A DNA stretch of 64,000 nucleotides from Verrucomicrobiales bacterium (lineage in GTDB: Bacteria > Verrucomicrobiota > Verrucomicrobiia > Limisphaerales > UBA9464), in assembly GCA_005793375.1 (NCBI GenBank), contig SXSK01000192.1, positions 2,039 to 66,038 of the forward strand. The letters run 5' to 3'. A model generated the notes under the pieces. That model had not been told where the DNA came from. It did no database searches and saw only the letters and a list, made by a program, of their open reading frames with translations. The translations under genes and the position numbers were made by a program. Shown here in pieces: positions 63,871 to 64,000 of this stretch; position 1 is the stretch's first letter; each line of letters opens with the position of its first letter.

Positions 63871-63902
63871 CAAAGCGGCGGCGGTCCGCCGACACTCCAA
63901 AG
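63871..63902 (-). repeat. CTTTGGAG-flank hairpin repeat, copy D
   Basis: 'caaagcggcggcggtccgccgacactccaaag'. The stem is cggcgg/ccgccg. It lies 3 nt past the stop of the partial minus-strand gene, in sense orientation. Confidence 0.7.
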
Positions 63903-63904
63903 AT

Positions 63905-64000
63905 TTAAACGGCGCCAGTCGTCTGGGCGAGGTTCACCCAGGTGCCACTTTCGACGGAGCGGGCGATGGCGACGAGGGCGCGCAGTGCCGCGATGCCATC
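63905..64000 (-). CDS. 3' end of a gene running off the window (possibly a Gfo/Idh/MocA oxidoreductase C-terminus)
   Basis: My translation gives 'DGIAALRALVAIARSVESGTWVNLAQTTGAV*'. The C-terminal pattern resembles Gfo/Idh/MocA proteins, but only 31 aa are visible. Confidence 0.35.
   Translation of the reverse strand, partial: DGIAALRALVAIARSVESGTWVNLAQTTGAV

Noticed and set aside
1-64000. I looked for CRISPR arrays, IS elements or transposases, integrases, prophage genes, toxin-antitoxin pairs, reverse transcriptases and known defence-system hallmarks.
   Set aside because: I saw no regularly spaced direct repeats, no DDE, tyrosine or serine recombinase motifs, and no defence-associated domains in any frame. 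The window reads as conserved chromosomal backbone.

Overview
This 64 kb window is GC-rich (roughly 55-60% by eye, not computed) and densely coding. It looks like core chromosome of a PVC-superphylum bacterium, most likely Verrucomicrobiota, possibly Planctomycetota. The lineage call rests on several signatures: two PSCyt/PSD1 (DUF1549/DUF1553) proteins, a DUF1501 partner, three giant 'membrane-bound dehydrogenase domain' / HEAT / PVC-type haem-binding proteins, a PEP-CTERM protein, PQQ-like beta-propellers and many xylose-isomerase-like TIM-barrel and Gfo/Idh/MocA genes.

I support about 50 CDS, including tex (partial), xth, hrpA, acpP, rsmI, a NifS/IscS-type cysteine desulfurase, a two-domain PPK2 and an ExbB-ExbD-TonB-like cluster. 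There is also one multi-frameshift pseudogene, one small lipoprotein gene below the ORF-track cutoff, and three convincing rho-independent terminators. I found no rRNA, tRNA, CRISPR array, transposase, integrase or phage gene.

The most interesting signal that gene annotation does not explain is a dispersed intergenic family of about 30-nt GC-rich hairpin repeats with a conserved CTTTGGAG flank. It has at least 13 copies, often in inverted pairs, and the stems show compensatory changes. It also explains at least one spurious N-terminal ORF extension.

Other items worth a second look:
- a translationally coupled five-gene ExbB/ExbD/TonB-like/zinc-ribbon/unknown module
- a PSD1-DUF1501-PQQ operon lying convergent to an octahaem cytochrome-HEAT fusion
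- a DUF1624 acyltransferase gene broken by two frameshifts
- several unusual domain fusions and tails

All functional calls come from motif recognition in the supplied translations. No database search was possible.
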